Positions 37,168 through 46,771 of a stretch of DNA of 64,000 nucleotides are shown here, in pieces. The stretch is from Acidimicrobiia bacterium (lineage in GTDB: Bacteria; Actinomycetota; Acidimicrobiia; IMCC26256; PALSA-555): contig JBPYDT010000017.1 in the NCBI GenBank assembly GCA_051986275.1, positions 21,621 to 85,620 of the forward strand, read 5' to 3'. Made by a program: the position numbers and the translations under genes. Below the pieces are notes generated by a model. The model did no database searches, had not been told where the DNA came from, and saw only the letters and a program-made list of their open reading frames with translations. Positions within the stretch are counted from its first letter, which is position 1; each line of letters starts with the position of its first letter.

Positions 37168-39210
37168 GTGCACGTGACCGAGGGCATCAGCCGTTTTCGA
37201 CTGACCGTCATCGGGGTCATCGTCGCCCTCCTGTTCGTCGGGCTGCTCGGTCGCCTCTGGTTCCTCCAGATCGCGCAGTCGAACACCTACGTCGGCACGA
37301 CCACCGCGAACCGGATCCGGATCGTGACCCAGCCGTCGGTCCGCGGGGCGATCCTCGACAACCTCGGCCGCGTCGTCGTCGAGAACCAGCTCGTGCTGTC
37401 CATCCAGATCGCCCGCGGGCTCTCGTCCAGCGAGCAGAAGAAGACCGTGAAGAACCTGGCGGCGCTCCTGAACGTCCCGCAGAGCGCGATCCTCAAGCAG
37501 ATCCACAACCCCGACCTGACGCCGTACGAGCCGATCCCCGTGGACGCGCCCAACATCACCTACGACACGCTCGTCGCGATCAAGGAGCGCCCCGAGCTGT
37601 ACCCGGGTGTCACGGCGACGCAGCGCACGGCGCGGGTCTACCCGTACGGGGCGCTCGCCGCGAACCTGCTCGGCTACCTCGGCTCGGTGAACGCCCAGGA
37701 CCTGAAGACCCACCCGGACCAGCACTACACGGCCGAGGACGTGATTGGGAAGGACGGTGTCGAGCAGGTCTTCGAGAACGAGCTGCGCGGCGAGCCGAAC
37801 ATGCGCCGCCTCGAGGTCGACAGCCGGGGCCAGGTCGTCCAGACGCTGCTCAACCAGCCGGCCCAGGCGGGCAACGACGTCAAGCTCACGATGAACATCG
37901 ACGTCCAGGCCGAGACGGACAACGCGCTCACGCAGGGCATCGCCGACGTGCGTGGCACCCAGGACACGACGATCACGAGCCACAACCAGAACTTCGTCGC
38001 GCCCGGCGGCTCGGCCGTCGTGCTCGACGCCCGCACGGGCTCGGTCGTGGCGATGTCCTCGTTCCCGTCGTACCCGGTCGACCAGTTCACGAACGGGATC
38101 CCGCCCGCGCTCTTCAGGCCGTGCACGTCGTCCATGACGACCACCTCGACGACGAGCCCGTCGGCGAGCCAGGGGCCGCCGACGTGTTCGCTGCTGAACC
38201 GGGCGACGCAGGGCCAGTACCCGCCGGGTTCGACGTTCAAGCTGATGACCGCCATCGCGGCGCTCGAGTACAACCAGGTGCAGCCGGGCAACGCCGACTA
38301 CTCCCTCGACGACAACGGCTGCATCAAGTACGGCGCCCCGGGCAACTACCAGCAGTTCTGCAACGCCGGCAAGGAGGCGAACGGCATCGTCGACCTGACG
38401 AGGGCGCTCACGGTGTCGAGCGACGTCTACTTCATGAGTCTCGGCTTCAAGTTCTACAACACGTGGGACTGCGGCACCCCGACGTGCAGCTTCGGCTCCG
38501 GCCACCCGAACCACGACGCGGGCTACGGGATCCAGAACGTCGCCCGCGAGTTCGGGTTCGGCCGCCCGACGGGCAGCGGCCTGCCGGAGGAGGGCGAGGG
38601 CCGCGTCCCCGACCAGCAGTTCAAGATCGCGCTGAACCAGTCGAGTGCCGACCCGTACTCCCGCGACTGGCTGCCCGGCGACAGCGCGAACGTCGCGATC
38701 GGGCAAGGCGACGTGCTCGTTACACCGCTCCAGCTCGCGGACGCCTACGCGGCGTTCATCAACGGCGGGACGCTCTTCACCCCGCGGCTGGCGAGCGAGA
38801 TCCTGCGCCCCGACGGCCAGACGCCCGTCCGCCAGCTCCCGACCGAGGTCGTGCACCACATCACGGTCCCCGACTCGATTCGGGCGCAGATCCTGCCCGG
38901 CCTCGCCGGGGTCGTGAGCTCCGGTGACGGCACCGGCGCCGCGGCGTTCAAGGGCTACAGCGGTCTGCCGATCGCCGGGAAGACGGGCACGGCGCAGCAG
39001 CCGCCGCCGCAGGAGGACACCGCCTGGTTCGTCGGGCTCGTGAACCCCAACAACGACCCGACGCTGCCGCAGTACGTCGTCGTCGTGAACGTCGAGCAGG
39101 CCGGGTTCGGCGGGACCGTCGCCGCGCCCATCGCCCGCCGAATCATCGAGACGCTGAGCGGCAACGCGAACCCCGGGCCCGTCGAGCTCGTCCGACCCCA
39201 AGCCGACTGA
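37168..39210 (+). CDS. mrdA: penicillin-binding protein 2 (elongasome transpeptidase)
   Basis: It has an N-terminal TM. The active-site motifs are PPGSTFKLMT (SxxK) and GKTGTAQ (KTG). It is paired with rodA. Confidence 0.9.
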   Translation: MHVTEGISRFRLTVIGVIVALLFVGLLGRLWFLQIAQSNTYVGTTTANRIRIVTQPSVRGAILDNLGRVVVENQLVLSIQIARGLSSSEQKKTVKNLAALLNVPQSAILKQIHNPDLTPYEPIPVDAPNITYDTLVAIKERPELYPGVTATQRTARVYPYGALAANLLGYLGSVNAQDLKTHPDQHYTAEDVIGKDGVEQVFENELRGEPNMRRLEVDSRGQVVQTLLNQPAQAGNDVKLTMNIDVQAETDNALTQGIADVRGTQDTTITSHNQNFVAPGGSAVVLDARTGSVVAMSSFPSYPVDQFTNGIPPALFRPCTSSMTTTSTTSPSASQGPPTCSLLNRATQGQYPPGSTFKLMTAIAALEYNQVQPGNADYSLDDNGCIKYGAPGNYQQFCNAGKEANGIVDLTRALTVSSDVYFMSLGFKFYNTWDCGTPTCSFGSGHPNHDAGYGIQNVAREFGFGRPTGSGLPEEGEGRVPDQQFKIALNQSSADPYSRDWLPGDSANVAIGQGDVLVTPLQLADAYAAFINGGTLFTPRLASEILRPDGQTPVRQLPTEVVHHITVPDSIRAQILPGLAGVVSSGDGTGAAAFKGYSGLPIAGKTGTAQQPPPQEDTAWFVGLVNPNNDPTLPQYVVVVNVEQAGFGGTVAAPIARRIIETLSGNANPGPVELVRPQAD

Positions 39211-40403
39211 TGGCTGTCTCCGTCCGCACCCGCTCCCGCAACCGGTCGCCGTACGCCGCGGTGTACGGGCCGCCCAAGAAGCGCAGCTTCGTCCTGCTCG
39301 ACCGCGAGCTCGTGGAGCGGCTCGACTGGGTGCTCATCGCGGCGTGCGCCGCGATCGCGATCTTCGGGATCGTGATGATCTACTCGTCGTCCCGGACCCT
39401 CGTGCCCGGCGACCCGACCTACTACGTGAAGCGCCAGGTGCTCGCGCTGGTGCTCGGGGTCGTCCTCGGGATCGTCATCCTGCGCTTCGACTACCGCAAA
39501 TGGCGCGACTTCTCGCTCATCGCGTACATCGGCGTCGTCATCCTCCTCTTCCTGGTGATCTCGCCGTTCGGCTCGAGCGTGAAGGGCCACCAGGCCTGGT
39601 TCCAGCTGCCGTTCGGCTTCCAGCTCCAGCCGTCCGAGCTCGCCAAGTTCGGGCTCATCGTCGCGCTGGCCGGCTACGTGAACGAGTACCGCCACGACAT
39701 CGACCCGTGGCGGCTCGTCGTCATCGTCGGCCTCTCGCTCATCCCGATCGCGCTCGTCCAGCTGCAAGGCGACCTCGGGACCAACATCGTGCTGATCTTT
39801 GCCGTCATCGGGCTGCTCGCCGTCGCCGGTGTGCCCGGCCGGTACCTGGCGATCCTGACCGGGCTCGGTCTCACGCTCATCTTCGCCGTGATCAGTCTCG
39901 GGATCTTGCAGCAGTATCAGGTCGACCGATTGACCACCGTGTTCTCGAGCAGCAACGGCAAGCACCAGACCGCGACGGCGTACAACCAGAACCAGTCGGT
40001 GGCGACGATCTCGACCGGCGGGTTCAACGGCCTCGGCCTCTTCAACGGCCCCCAGACCAGGCTCGGGTTCGTCCCCGAGCAGCAGACCGACTTCATCTTC
40101 ACCGCGGTGGGGGAGGAGCTCGGCTTCGTCGGCGGCGCGCTGCTCCTCGCCCTGTTCGGCCTCGTGATCTGGCGCACCTGGCGAACCGCCCGGATCGCCT
40201 CCGACTTCTACGGGACGATGGTCTGCGCCGGCGTGCTGGCGCTCTTCGCCTTCCAGATCTTCGAGAACATCGGCATGACCATGGGGATCATGCCGGTGAC
40301 GGGGATCCCGCTCCCGTTCATGAGCTACGGCGGCTCGTCGCTGCTGGCCAGCTGCGCCTGCGTCGCGCTCGTGTGCAACGTCCACGCCCGGCGGTTCACC
40401 TGA
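39210..40403 (+). CDS. rodA: FtsW/RodA/SpoVE family peptidoglycan glycosyltransferase RodA
   Basis: A 10-TM SEDS protein with QPSELAKFGLIVALA and IPLPFMSYGGSSLL. Its ATG overlaps the mrdA stop by 1 nt. Confidence 0.9.
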   Translation: MAVSVRTRSRNRSPYAAVYGPPKKRSFVLLDRELVERLDWVLIAACAAIAIFGIVMIYSSSRTLVPGDPTYYVKRQVLALVLGVVLGIVILRFDYRKWRDFSLIAYIGVVILLFLVISPFGSSVKGHQAWFQLPFGFQLQPSELAKFGLIVALAGYVNEYRHDIDPWRLVVIVGLSLIPIALVQLQGDLGTNIVLIFAVIGLLAVAGVPGRYLAILTGLGLTLIFAVISLGILQQYQVDRLTTVFSSSNGKHQTATAYNQNQSVATISTGGFNGLGLFNGPQTRLGFVPEQQTDFIFTAVGEELGFVGGALLLALFGLVIWRTWRTARIASDFYGTMVCAGVLALFAFQIFENIGMTMGIMPVTGIPLPFMSYGGSSLLASCACVALVCNVHARRFT

Positions 40404-40427
40404 TCGGCCGTCGCCGGGCCCGGTAAT

Positions 40428-42368
40428 ATGGGTGCAGACATGACCACCCTGTGGCCCCGGATCGAGCCGCTGCTCGGCCGGGTCGAGAAGCCCGCCCGAT
40501 ACATCGGGCTGGAGTCAGGGAGCGTGCAGCCCGACCATCGGGCTGGTCAGGTCGCCTGGCTGCTCGTCTACCCCGACACCTACGAAATCGGCCTGCCGAA
40601 CCAGGGCCTCCAGATCCTCTACGAGATCCTCAACGAACGCACCGACGCGGTCGCCGAGCGGGCGTACGCGCCCTGGGTCGACCTCGAGGCGATGCTGCGC
40701 GAGCGGCGCCTGCCCCTGTTCTCGCTCGAGACGCACCGCCCGGCCCGGGCCTTCGACGTGCTCGCGTTCAACGTGTCGGCCGAGCTCGTCTACACCAACC
40801 TGCTGAACTGCGTGGACCTCGCCGGGGTCGCCGTGCGGGCCGAGGACCGCCGCGACGAGGACCCGCTCGTCATCGCCGGGGGCCACTGCACCTACAACCC
40901 GGAGCCGCTCGCCGACTTCGTCGACGCGTTCGTGCTCGGCGACGGCGAGGAGGTCGCCGGCGAGATCACGGCCGTGCTCGCCGCCCAGGCTCGCCCCCGG
41001 CGGCGGGCCGACGTCCTGCGGGCCCTCGCGCAGGTGCGGGGCGTGTACGTCCCGTCGCTCTACGACGTGCAGTACGACGGCCCGGCGCTCGCGGGGATCA
41101 CGCCCAAGTTCCCCGACGTGCCCGCGGTGGTCGAGAAGCGCACCGTCGCCGACCTCGCGGACTGGCCGTACCCGAAGCACCAGCTCGTGCCGCTCGTCGA
41201 GGTGGTCCACGACCGCCTGAACGTCGAAGTGTTCCGGGGGTGCACCCGCGGGTGCCGGTTCTGCCAGGCGGGGATGATCACCCGGCCGGTGCGCGAGCGA
41301 CCGGCCGACCAGGTGCGGACGATGGTGACGGACGGGCTGCGGCGCACCGGCTACGACGAGGTGGCGCTCACGTCCCTGTCCAGCGCCGACTTCTCGGGCA
41401 TCGAGTCCGTCGTAGGCGACGTCGTCGGGGACGGGTCGGGCTGCGTGAGCCTGTCGCTGCCGTCGCTGCGCGTCGACGCGTTCACGGTCGGGCTGGCGAG
41501 CCAGATCCAGCGCGTGCGGCGCACCGGCCTCACGTTCGCGCCCGAGGCGGGGAGCTGGCGCCTGCGGCAGGTGATCAACAAGCTCATCACCGAGGACGAC
41601 CTCTACGCGTCGGTCGACGCCGCCTACTCGCAGGGGTGGCGGCGCGTGAAGCTCTACTTCATGGTCGGCCTGCCGACCGAGGCCGACGAGGACACGCTCG
41701 GCATCGCCGACCTGGCGCGCCACGTCGTCGCGCTCGGCCGGCGCCACACCCGGGGCGCGAGCGCGACGGTGTCGGTCGGCGGGTTCGTCCCGAAGCCGCA
41801 CACCCCGTTCCAGTGGTTCGGCCAGAACGGCATCCCCGAGCTGCAGCGCAAGGTGGGCCTGCTGCGCGACGCGCTGCGCCGCTCCGGCGCGCAGGTGCGC
41901 TGGCACGACCCCGCCGCGACGTTCGTCGAGGGGATCGCCAGCCGCGGGGACCGGCGGATCGGCCGGGTCATCGAGCGGGTGTGGCGAGCCGGGGGGACGT
42001 TCCAGGAGTGGAGCGAGCGCTTCGACCTCGCACCGTGGCTCGACGCGATGGCGGCCGAGGGGCTCGACCCCGCCTGGTACGTGACGCGGCACCGCACGCG
42101 CGAGGAGCACCTCCCGTGGGCGCACGTGTCGGCTGGGCTGCACGAGGACTTCCTGTGGGACGACTGGCAGCAAGCCCTTGCGGCCCATGGGCTCCCCGAC
42201 TGCCGGTGGACGCCCTGCTACGACTGCGGGGTGTGCACCGACCACGCGCTCGAGCACGTCGTCGGGTCGGCGACGCCTCCGGCGGGCGGCAGCCAGGGCA
42301 CCGGGCAGGACCTCTCGGGGGGCGGGGCGATCCCCGTCCGGTTCTTGGAGGTGACCCGTGCGCGGTGA
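40428..42368 (+). CDS. B12-binding-domain radical SAM protein (TIGR03960-like, function unknown)
   Basis: LLGRVEKPARYIGLESGS at the N-terminus. The radical-SAM cluster motif is CTRGCRFCQAGMITRPVRER. 646 aa. Confidence 0.85.
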   Translation: MGADMTTLWPRIEPLLGRVEKPARYIGLESGSVQPDHRAGQVAWLLVYPDTYEIGLPNQGLQILYEILNERTDAVAERAYAPWVDLEAMLRERRLPLFSLETHRPARAFDVLAFNVSAELVYTNLLNCVDLAGVAVRAEDRRDEDPLVIAGGHCTYNPEPLADFVDAFVLGDGEEVAGEITAVLAAQARPRRRADVLRALAQVRGVYVPSLYDVQYDGPALAGITPKFPDVPAVVEKRTVADLADWPYPKHQLVPLVEVVHDRLNVEVFRGCTRGCRFCQAGMITRPVRERPADQVRTMVTDGLRRTGYDEVALTSLSSADFSGIESVVGDVVGDGSGCVSLSLPSLRVDAFTVGLASQIQRVRRTGLTFAPEAGSWRLRQVINKLITEDDLYASVDAAYSQGWRRVKLYFMVGLPTEADEDTLGIADLARHVVALGRRHTRGASATVSVGGFVPKPHTPFQWFGQNGIPELQRKVGLLRDALRRSGAQVRWHDPAATFVEGIASRGDRRIGRVIERVWRAGGTFQEWSERFDLAPWLDAMAAEGLDPAWYVTRHRTREEHLPWAHVSAGLHEDFLWDDWQQALAAHGLPDCRWTPCYDCGVCTDHALEHVVGSATPPAGGSQGTGQDLSGGGAIPVRFLEVTRAR

Positions 42369-43110
42369 CGCGGGATTCCCGGTCCGCCTCCGGTTCTCGA
42401 AGCGGGGCAAGATCCGCTTCGTCTCCCACCGCGACGTCGCGCGGGCGTTCGAGCGGTCGCTCCGCATCGCCGGTCTGCCCGTCGCGCACACCGCGGGCTT
42501 CTCGCCGCGCCCGAAGGTCAGCTTCGGCCTGGCGCTCGGTGTCGGCTACGAGAGCGACGCCGAGTACCTCGACGTCGAGCTGCGCGAGCCGACCGACGTC
42601 GGCCAGCTGCCCGACGCCCTGGGGGCCGGCCTGCCGCCCGGCCTGGACGTGCTGGACGCCGCGCCGCTCGCGCCACGCGCGCCCGCGCTTCAGGAATCGG
42701 TGACCACCGTGGCCTACGAGCTCACGCCGTCCGGCCTGGCGCCCGACGCGCTCACCGCGGCGACCGCCGCGCTCCAGGCCGCGACCACCCTGCCCGTCGC
42801 CACGACCCGCAAGGCCCAGCCGGTCGTGGTCGACGTGCGTCCCAGCCTGCGCGACCTGGCCGTCACACCCGACGGCCATCGCCTCGCCGTCGAGGTCTCG
42901 ACGCAGCCGCGCCCGGCGCGGCCGCCCGAGGTCTTCACGGCGTTGCGGACCCTCGCCGGCGTCGACGCCGACGACGGCGAGGACCGGGTGCTGCGCACCC
43001 ATCAATGGATCGAGCGTGACGGCGCGCGGTACGAGCCGCTGGCAGCCGATCGCGCACCGTCCGCCCCCGCGGGGGCGGTCACGCGAGCACCGGCGGTGCT
43101 CACGTCATGA
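42358..43110 (+). CDS. radical SAM-associated DUF2344 protein (TIGR03936-like)
   Basis: VRLRFSKRGKIRFVSHRDVARAFERSLRIAGLPVAHTAGFSPRPKVSFGLALGVGYESDAEYLDVEL. An 11-nt overlap joins it to the radical SAM gene. Confidence 0.8.
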   Translation: MRGDAGFPVRLRFSKRGKIRFVSHRDVARAFERSLRIAGLPVAHTAGFSPRPKVSFGLALGVGYESDAEYLDVELREPTDVGQLPDALGAGLPPGLDVLDAAPLAPRAPALQESVTTVAYELTPSGLAPDALTAATAALQAATTLPVATTRKAQPVVVDVRPSLRDLAVTPDGHRLAVEVSTQPRPARPPEVFTALRTLAGVDADDGEDRVLRTHQWIERDGARYEPLAADRAPSAPAGAVTRAPAVLTS

Positions 43111-43125
43111 ACAAAGGATCGACTA

Positions 43126-44874
43126 ATGCCCAACGAAACTCCGGAGGCAACGACCTCCGTCACCCCCGGCGCGCCGGACGCGCCGGAGACCCGCAGCGAG
43201 GCGCCTGTCGCTGACTCGGGCGCGCCCCGCCCCGACGGCGACGGCACAGCGTCGGGTGCCCCACGCCGGCGGCGCCGCCGCGGCTCGCGCGGCGGCCGGA
43301 ACCGCAACAAGAGCAGCGCGGCGCGCGCGAACAACGGCGACCAGGACGCGGCCTCCGCACCTGAAGCCGCGTCCGCGAAGCCCAAGATCGGCGACAGCCG
43401 ACCGGCGCCGGCGGCCCAGAAGTCGAGCACCTCGCGGCGGCGCCGCCGCGGCGGCCGCAACCGAGCCGGCGGCTCGACGACCACCTCGACCAACGACGTC
43501 ATCCAGGCCGACCTGGGCGTCGGGAGCGGCGTCGACCTCGACGACCTCGACGACGAGCAGCGCGAGCGGCGACGCGGCCGGACCCGGAAGGGGCGCCCCG
43601 CGGGCCGCTACCAGCTGCTCATCCACACGAGACCGAACGGGCACACGCACCTCGCGCTGCTCGAGGGCCGGGTGCTCGTCGAGCACTCGGTGAGCACGCC
43701 GTCCGACGCTGACAGCATCGACGGGAACATCTACCTCGGCCGGGTGCAGAACGTGCTTCCCGGCATGGAGGCGGCGTTCGTCGACTTCGGGACGCCGAAG
43801 AACGGCGTGCTGTACCGGGGCGACGTCGCGTTCGACGCCGACGAGGTCGAGGAGAAGCAGCCGAGGATCGAGCGGCTCCTCAAGGCCGGGCAGAGCGTCG
43901 TCGTGCAGGTCACCAAGAACCCCATCGGGGCGAAGGGCGCCCGACTGACCCAGGAGGTCAGCCTCGCCGGGCGGTTCGTCGTGATGGTGCCGGGCCAGCC
44001 CCAGACCTACGGCATCTCGAAGCGCCTCCCGGACGACGAGCGGCGCCGGCTGCGTCGCGTGCTCGAGGGGCTGCGCCCGCCCGACGTGGGGCTCATCGTG
44101 CGCACCGCCGCCGAGGGGGCCGCGCCCGAGGAGCTCGAGCGTGACGTGGCTCGGCTGCGCGACCAGTGGGAGCAGATCTCGGCGCTCGCCGCCCGCTCGA
44201 AGCCCGCGCGGCTGCTCTACCAGGAGCCGCCCCTGCCGCTGCGTGTCGTGCGCGAGGAGTTCACGAAGGAGTACCGGGCGGTGCTCGTCGACGACCGTGA
44301 GCTCTACGAGCAGGTGCGGGCGTACATCGAGGCGGTCACGCCCGAGCTCGCCGAGCGGGTCGAGTACTACGACGCGGAGGCCGAGGGGCTGCCGCTCTTC
44401 GAGCGCCACCACGTGAACGAGCAGCTGCTCAAGGCCCTCGACCGCAAGGTCTGGCTGCCCTCGGGCGGATCGCTCATCATCGAGCGCACCGAGGCGTTCA
44501 CGGTCATCGACGTGAACACGGGCAAGAACGTCGGGACCTCGAGCCTCGAGGAGACCGTGTACCGCAACAACCTCGAGGCGGCCGACGAGATCGCCCGGCA
44601 GCTGCGGCTCCGCGACATCGGCGGGATCATCGTCATCGACTTCATCGACATGGAGATCAAGGCGAACCGGGAGGCGGTGATCGCCGCGTTCCGCCGGGCG
44701 CTCGCACGCGACAAGACGCGGACCCAGGCGTTCGAGATCTCCGAGCTCGGGCTCGTCGAGATGACCCGCAAGCGCGTCTCCGAGGGCCTCGTCGAATCGA
44801 TGAGCGAGACCTGCCCGACGTGCCAGGGCCGCGGCTACCTCCTCGAGGAGAGTCTCCTCGAGGAGCTGCAGTAA
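43126..44874 (+). CDS. rne: Rne/Rng family ribonuclease (RNase E/G)
   Basis: It has an Arg/Ser-rich disordered N-terminus. The S1 domain is NIYLGRVQNVLPGMEAAFVDFG, followed by the catalytic core including TVIDVNTGK and IIVIDFIDM. Confidence 0.9.
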   Translation: MPNETPEATTSVTPGAPDAPETRSEAPVADSGAPRPDGDGTASGAPRRRRRRGSRGGRNRNKSSAARANNGDQDAASAPEAASAKPKIGDSRPAPAAQKSSTSRRRRRGGRNRAGGSTTTSTNDVIQADLGVGSGVDLDDLDDEQRERRRGRTRKGRPAGRYQLLIHTRPNGHTHLALLEGRVLVEHSVSTPSDADSIDGNIYLGRVQNVLPGMEAAFVDFGTPKNGVLYRGDVAFDADEVEEKQPRIERLLKAGQSVVVQVTKNPIGAKGARLTQEVSLAGRFVVMVPGQPQTYGISKRLPDDERRRLRRVLEGLRPPDVGLIVRTAAEGAAPEELERDVARLRDQWEQISALAARSKPARLLYQEPPLPLRVVREEFTKEYRAVLVDDRELYEQVRAYIEAVTPELAERVEYYDAEAEGLPLFERHHVNEQLLKALDRKVWLPSGGSLIIERTEAFTVIDVNTGKNVGTSSLEETVYRNNLEAADEIARQLRLRDIGGIIVIDFIDMEIKANREAVIAAFRRALARDKTRTQAFEISELGLVEMTRKRVSEGLVESMSETCPTCQGRGYLLEESLLEELQ

Positions 44875-44901
44875 CATCGCGGCTTCGTCTTGGAGGTCAC
44901 G

Positions 44902-45213
44902 ATGTACGCGGTGGTGCGCACCGGCGGCAAGCAGTACCGGGTGGAGCAGGGTCAGCGGCTCCACGTCGAGCGGCTCGGCGTCGACGCGGGCGGCGAGGTG
45001 GACCTCGCGCCGGTGCTGCTGGTCGACGGCCAGAAGGTGCTCGCCACGCCCGGTCAGCTCGGCGGGGCGCGGGTGCGCGCCCGGGTCGTCGAGGAGACGA
45101 AGGGCCCGAAGATCCACGCCGCCACGTACCAGGCCAAGACGAACCGGCGCCGCCGCTGGGGTCACCGGCAGCGGGCGTCGGTCGTCGAGATCACCGAGAT
45201 CGTCGCGGGGTAA
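44902..45213 (+). CDS. rplU: 50S ribosomal protein L21
   Basis: MYAVVRTGGKQYRVEQGQ..., with ATG preceded by GGAGG. Confidence 0.95.
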   Translation: MYAVVRTGGKQYRVEQGQRLHVERLGVDAGGEVDLAPVLLVDGQKVLATPGQLGGARVRARVVEETKGPKIHAATYQAKTNRRRRWGHRQRASVVEITEIVAG

Positions 45214-45216
45214 GGC

Positions 45217-45468
45217 ATGTCGAAGAAGAAGGGGGCGGCCTCGTCCCGCAACGGTCGCGACTCGGCGGCGCAGCGCCTCGGCGTGAAGGTCGGCGCCGGC
45301 GCGCCCGTGCGGGCCGGCGCCATCCTCGTGCGCCAGCGCGGCACCCGCTTCCATCCGGGCGAGAACGTCGGACGCGGCGGCGACGACACGCTCTTCGCCA
45401 CGTCCGACGGCGTCGTGCGCTTCGTGTCACGCCGGGGTCGCAAGCTCGTCGACGTCGTCGCGGGCTGA
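45217..45468 (+). CDS. rpmA: 50S ribosomal protein L27
   Basis: [61 protein letters not shown]. Confidence 0.95.
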   Translation: MSKKKGAASSRNGRDSAAQRLGVKVGAGAPVRAGAILVRQRGTRFHPGENVGRGGDDTLFATSDGVVRFVSRRGRKLVDVVAG

Positions 45469-45523
45469 GGCGCCCCCGGGGATCTTCCCCGGCGCTGCAC
45501 GACCTCGTCCCTATCCTGCGGTC

Positions 45524-46771
45524 ATGGCCCAGTCCGCCTTCGTCGACGAGGTGCAGGCCAACCTGCGCGGCGGCGACGGCGGTGCGGGCGCCGTGTCGTT
45601 CCGCCGGGAGGCGCACGTTCCCCGCGGCGGACCCGACGGTGGGGACGGCGGGGCCGGCGGCGACGTGATCCTGGCCGCCGACCGCAACGTCGCCTCGCTG
45701 CTGGCCTTCCGTGACCACCCGCACCGCCGCGCCGAGTCGGGCCGCCACGGCGCGGGCCGTCGCCGGCACGGCGCCCGGGGCGCCGACCTCACCGTGGCCG
45801 TGCCCGAGGGGACGCTCGTGCGCGCCCGCGACGGTGCGCTGCTCGCCGACCTCGTCGCGACCGGGGACCGCTACGTCGCGGCGCGCGGCGGGCGGGGCGG
45901 CCGCGGCAACGCCCGCTTCCTGTCGAACCGGCGGCGCGCGCCGGCGTTCGCCGAGCAGGGCGAGTACGGCGAGGAGCGCTGGCTGCGCCTCGAGGTGTCG
46001 CTCGTCGCCGACGCCGCGCTGGTCGGGCTCCCCAACGCCGGGAAGTCGACGCTCATCGCCGCGGTGAGCGCGGCCCGCCCCAAGATCGCCGACTACCCGT
46101 TCACCACCCTCGAGCCCCACCTCGGGGTCGTCCGCCAGGGCGACGTCGAGTTCGTGCTCGCCGACATCCCGGGCCTCATCGACGGCGCGGCCGACGGCCG
46201 GGGCCTCGGCCACCGCTTCCTCCGCCACGTCGAGCGCGCGCGGGTGCTGGTGCTGCTGCTCGACCTGGCGAACGTCGAGGGGCGCAGCCCGCAAGACCAG
46301 GAGCACACGCTGCTCGCCGAGCTGGAGCGGTACCAGCCCGAGCTGTGCGCCCGGCCCCGCCTCGTCGTCGGCACGAAGGCCGACGTCGCCACCGAGTCCT
46401 TCGACGGCCTCGCCATCTCGGCCGTCACCCACGACGGGCTCGATCGGTTCGTGCGCAGCCTCGGCGGGCTCGTCGAGCAGGCGCGGGCCGCGACGCCGCC
46501 CCCCGCGGCGCCCGTCGTGCTGCGCCCCCAGGACGACGGCTTCGCCGTCGTCCGCGACGCCGACGGCGCCTGGCGCGTCGCGGGACGCGACGCCGAGCGG
46601 GTCGTCGCCGTCACCGACCTCACGGACGCCGACGCGCTCGCCTACGTCCGCGACCGTTTCCGGCGCCTCGGTGTCGACCGGGCGCTGCTCCGCGCCGGGG
46701 CGCGCGACGGCGACGTGATCCGGATCGGCGCGGTCGAGCTCGAGTACCTCGAGGAGCCGGCCGAGCCGTGA
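45524..46771 (+). CDS. obg: GTPase Obg/CgtA
   Basis: The Obg fold is FVDEVQANLRGGDGGAGAVSFRRE..GGPDGGDGGAGGDV. The G domain includes GLPNAGKST and DIPGLI. An OCT-like C-terminus follows. Confidence 0.95.
   Translation: MAQSAFVDEVQANLRGGDGGAGAVSFRREAHVPRGGPDGGDGGAGGDVILAADRNVASLLAFRDHPHRRAESGRHGAGRRRHGARGADLTVAVPEGTLVRARDGALLADLVATGDRYVAARGGRGGRGNARFLSNRRRAPAFAEQGEYGEERWLRLEVSLVADAALVGLPNAGKSTLIAAVSAARPKIADYPFTTLEPHLGVVRQGDVEFVLADIPGLIDGAADGRGLGHRFLRHVERARVLVLLLDLANVEGRSPQDQEHTLLAELERYQPELCARPRLVVGTKADVATESFDGLAISAVTHDGLDRFVRSLGGLVEQARAATPPPAAPVVLRPQDDGFAVVRDADGAWRVAGRDAERVVAVTDLTDADALAYVRDRFRRLGVDRALLRAGARDGDVIRIGAVELEYLEEPAEP

Noticed and set aside
45476-45492. A hairpin, CCGGGGA tct TCCCCGG, just after rpmA, considered as a terminator or attenuator before obg.
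   Set aside because: - It is only a 7-bp stem with a 3-nt loop.
- It has no U tract and poor flanking pairing.
- It is indistinguishable from background GC palindromes.
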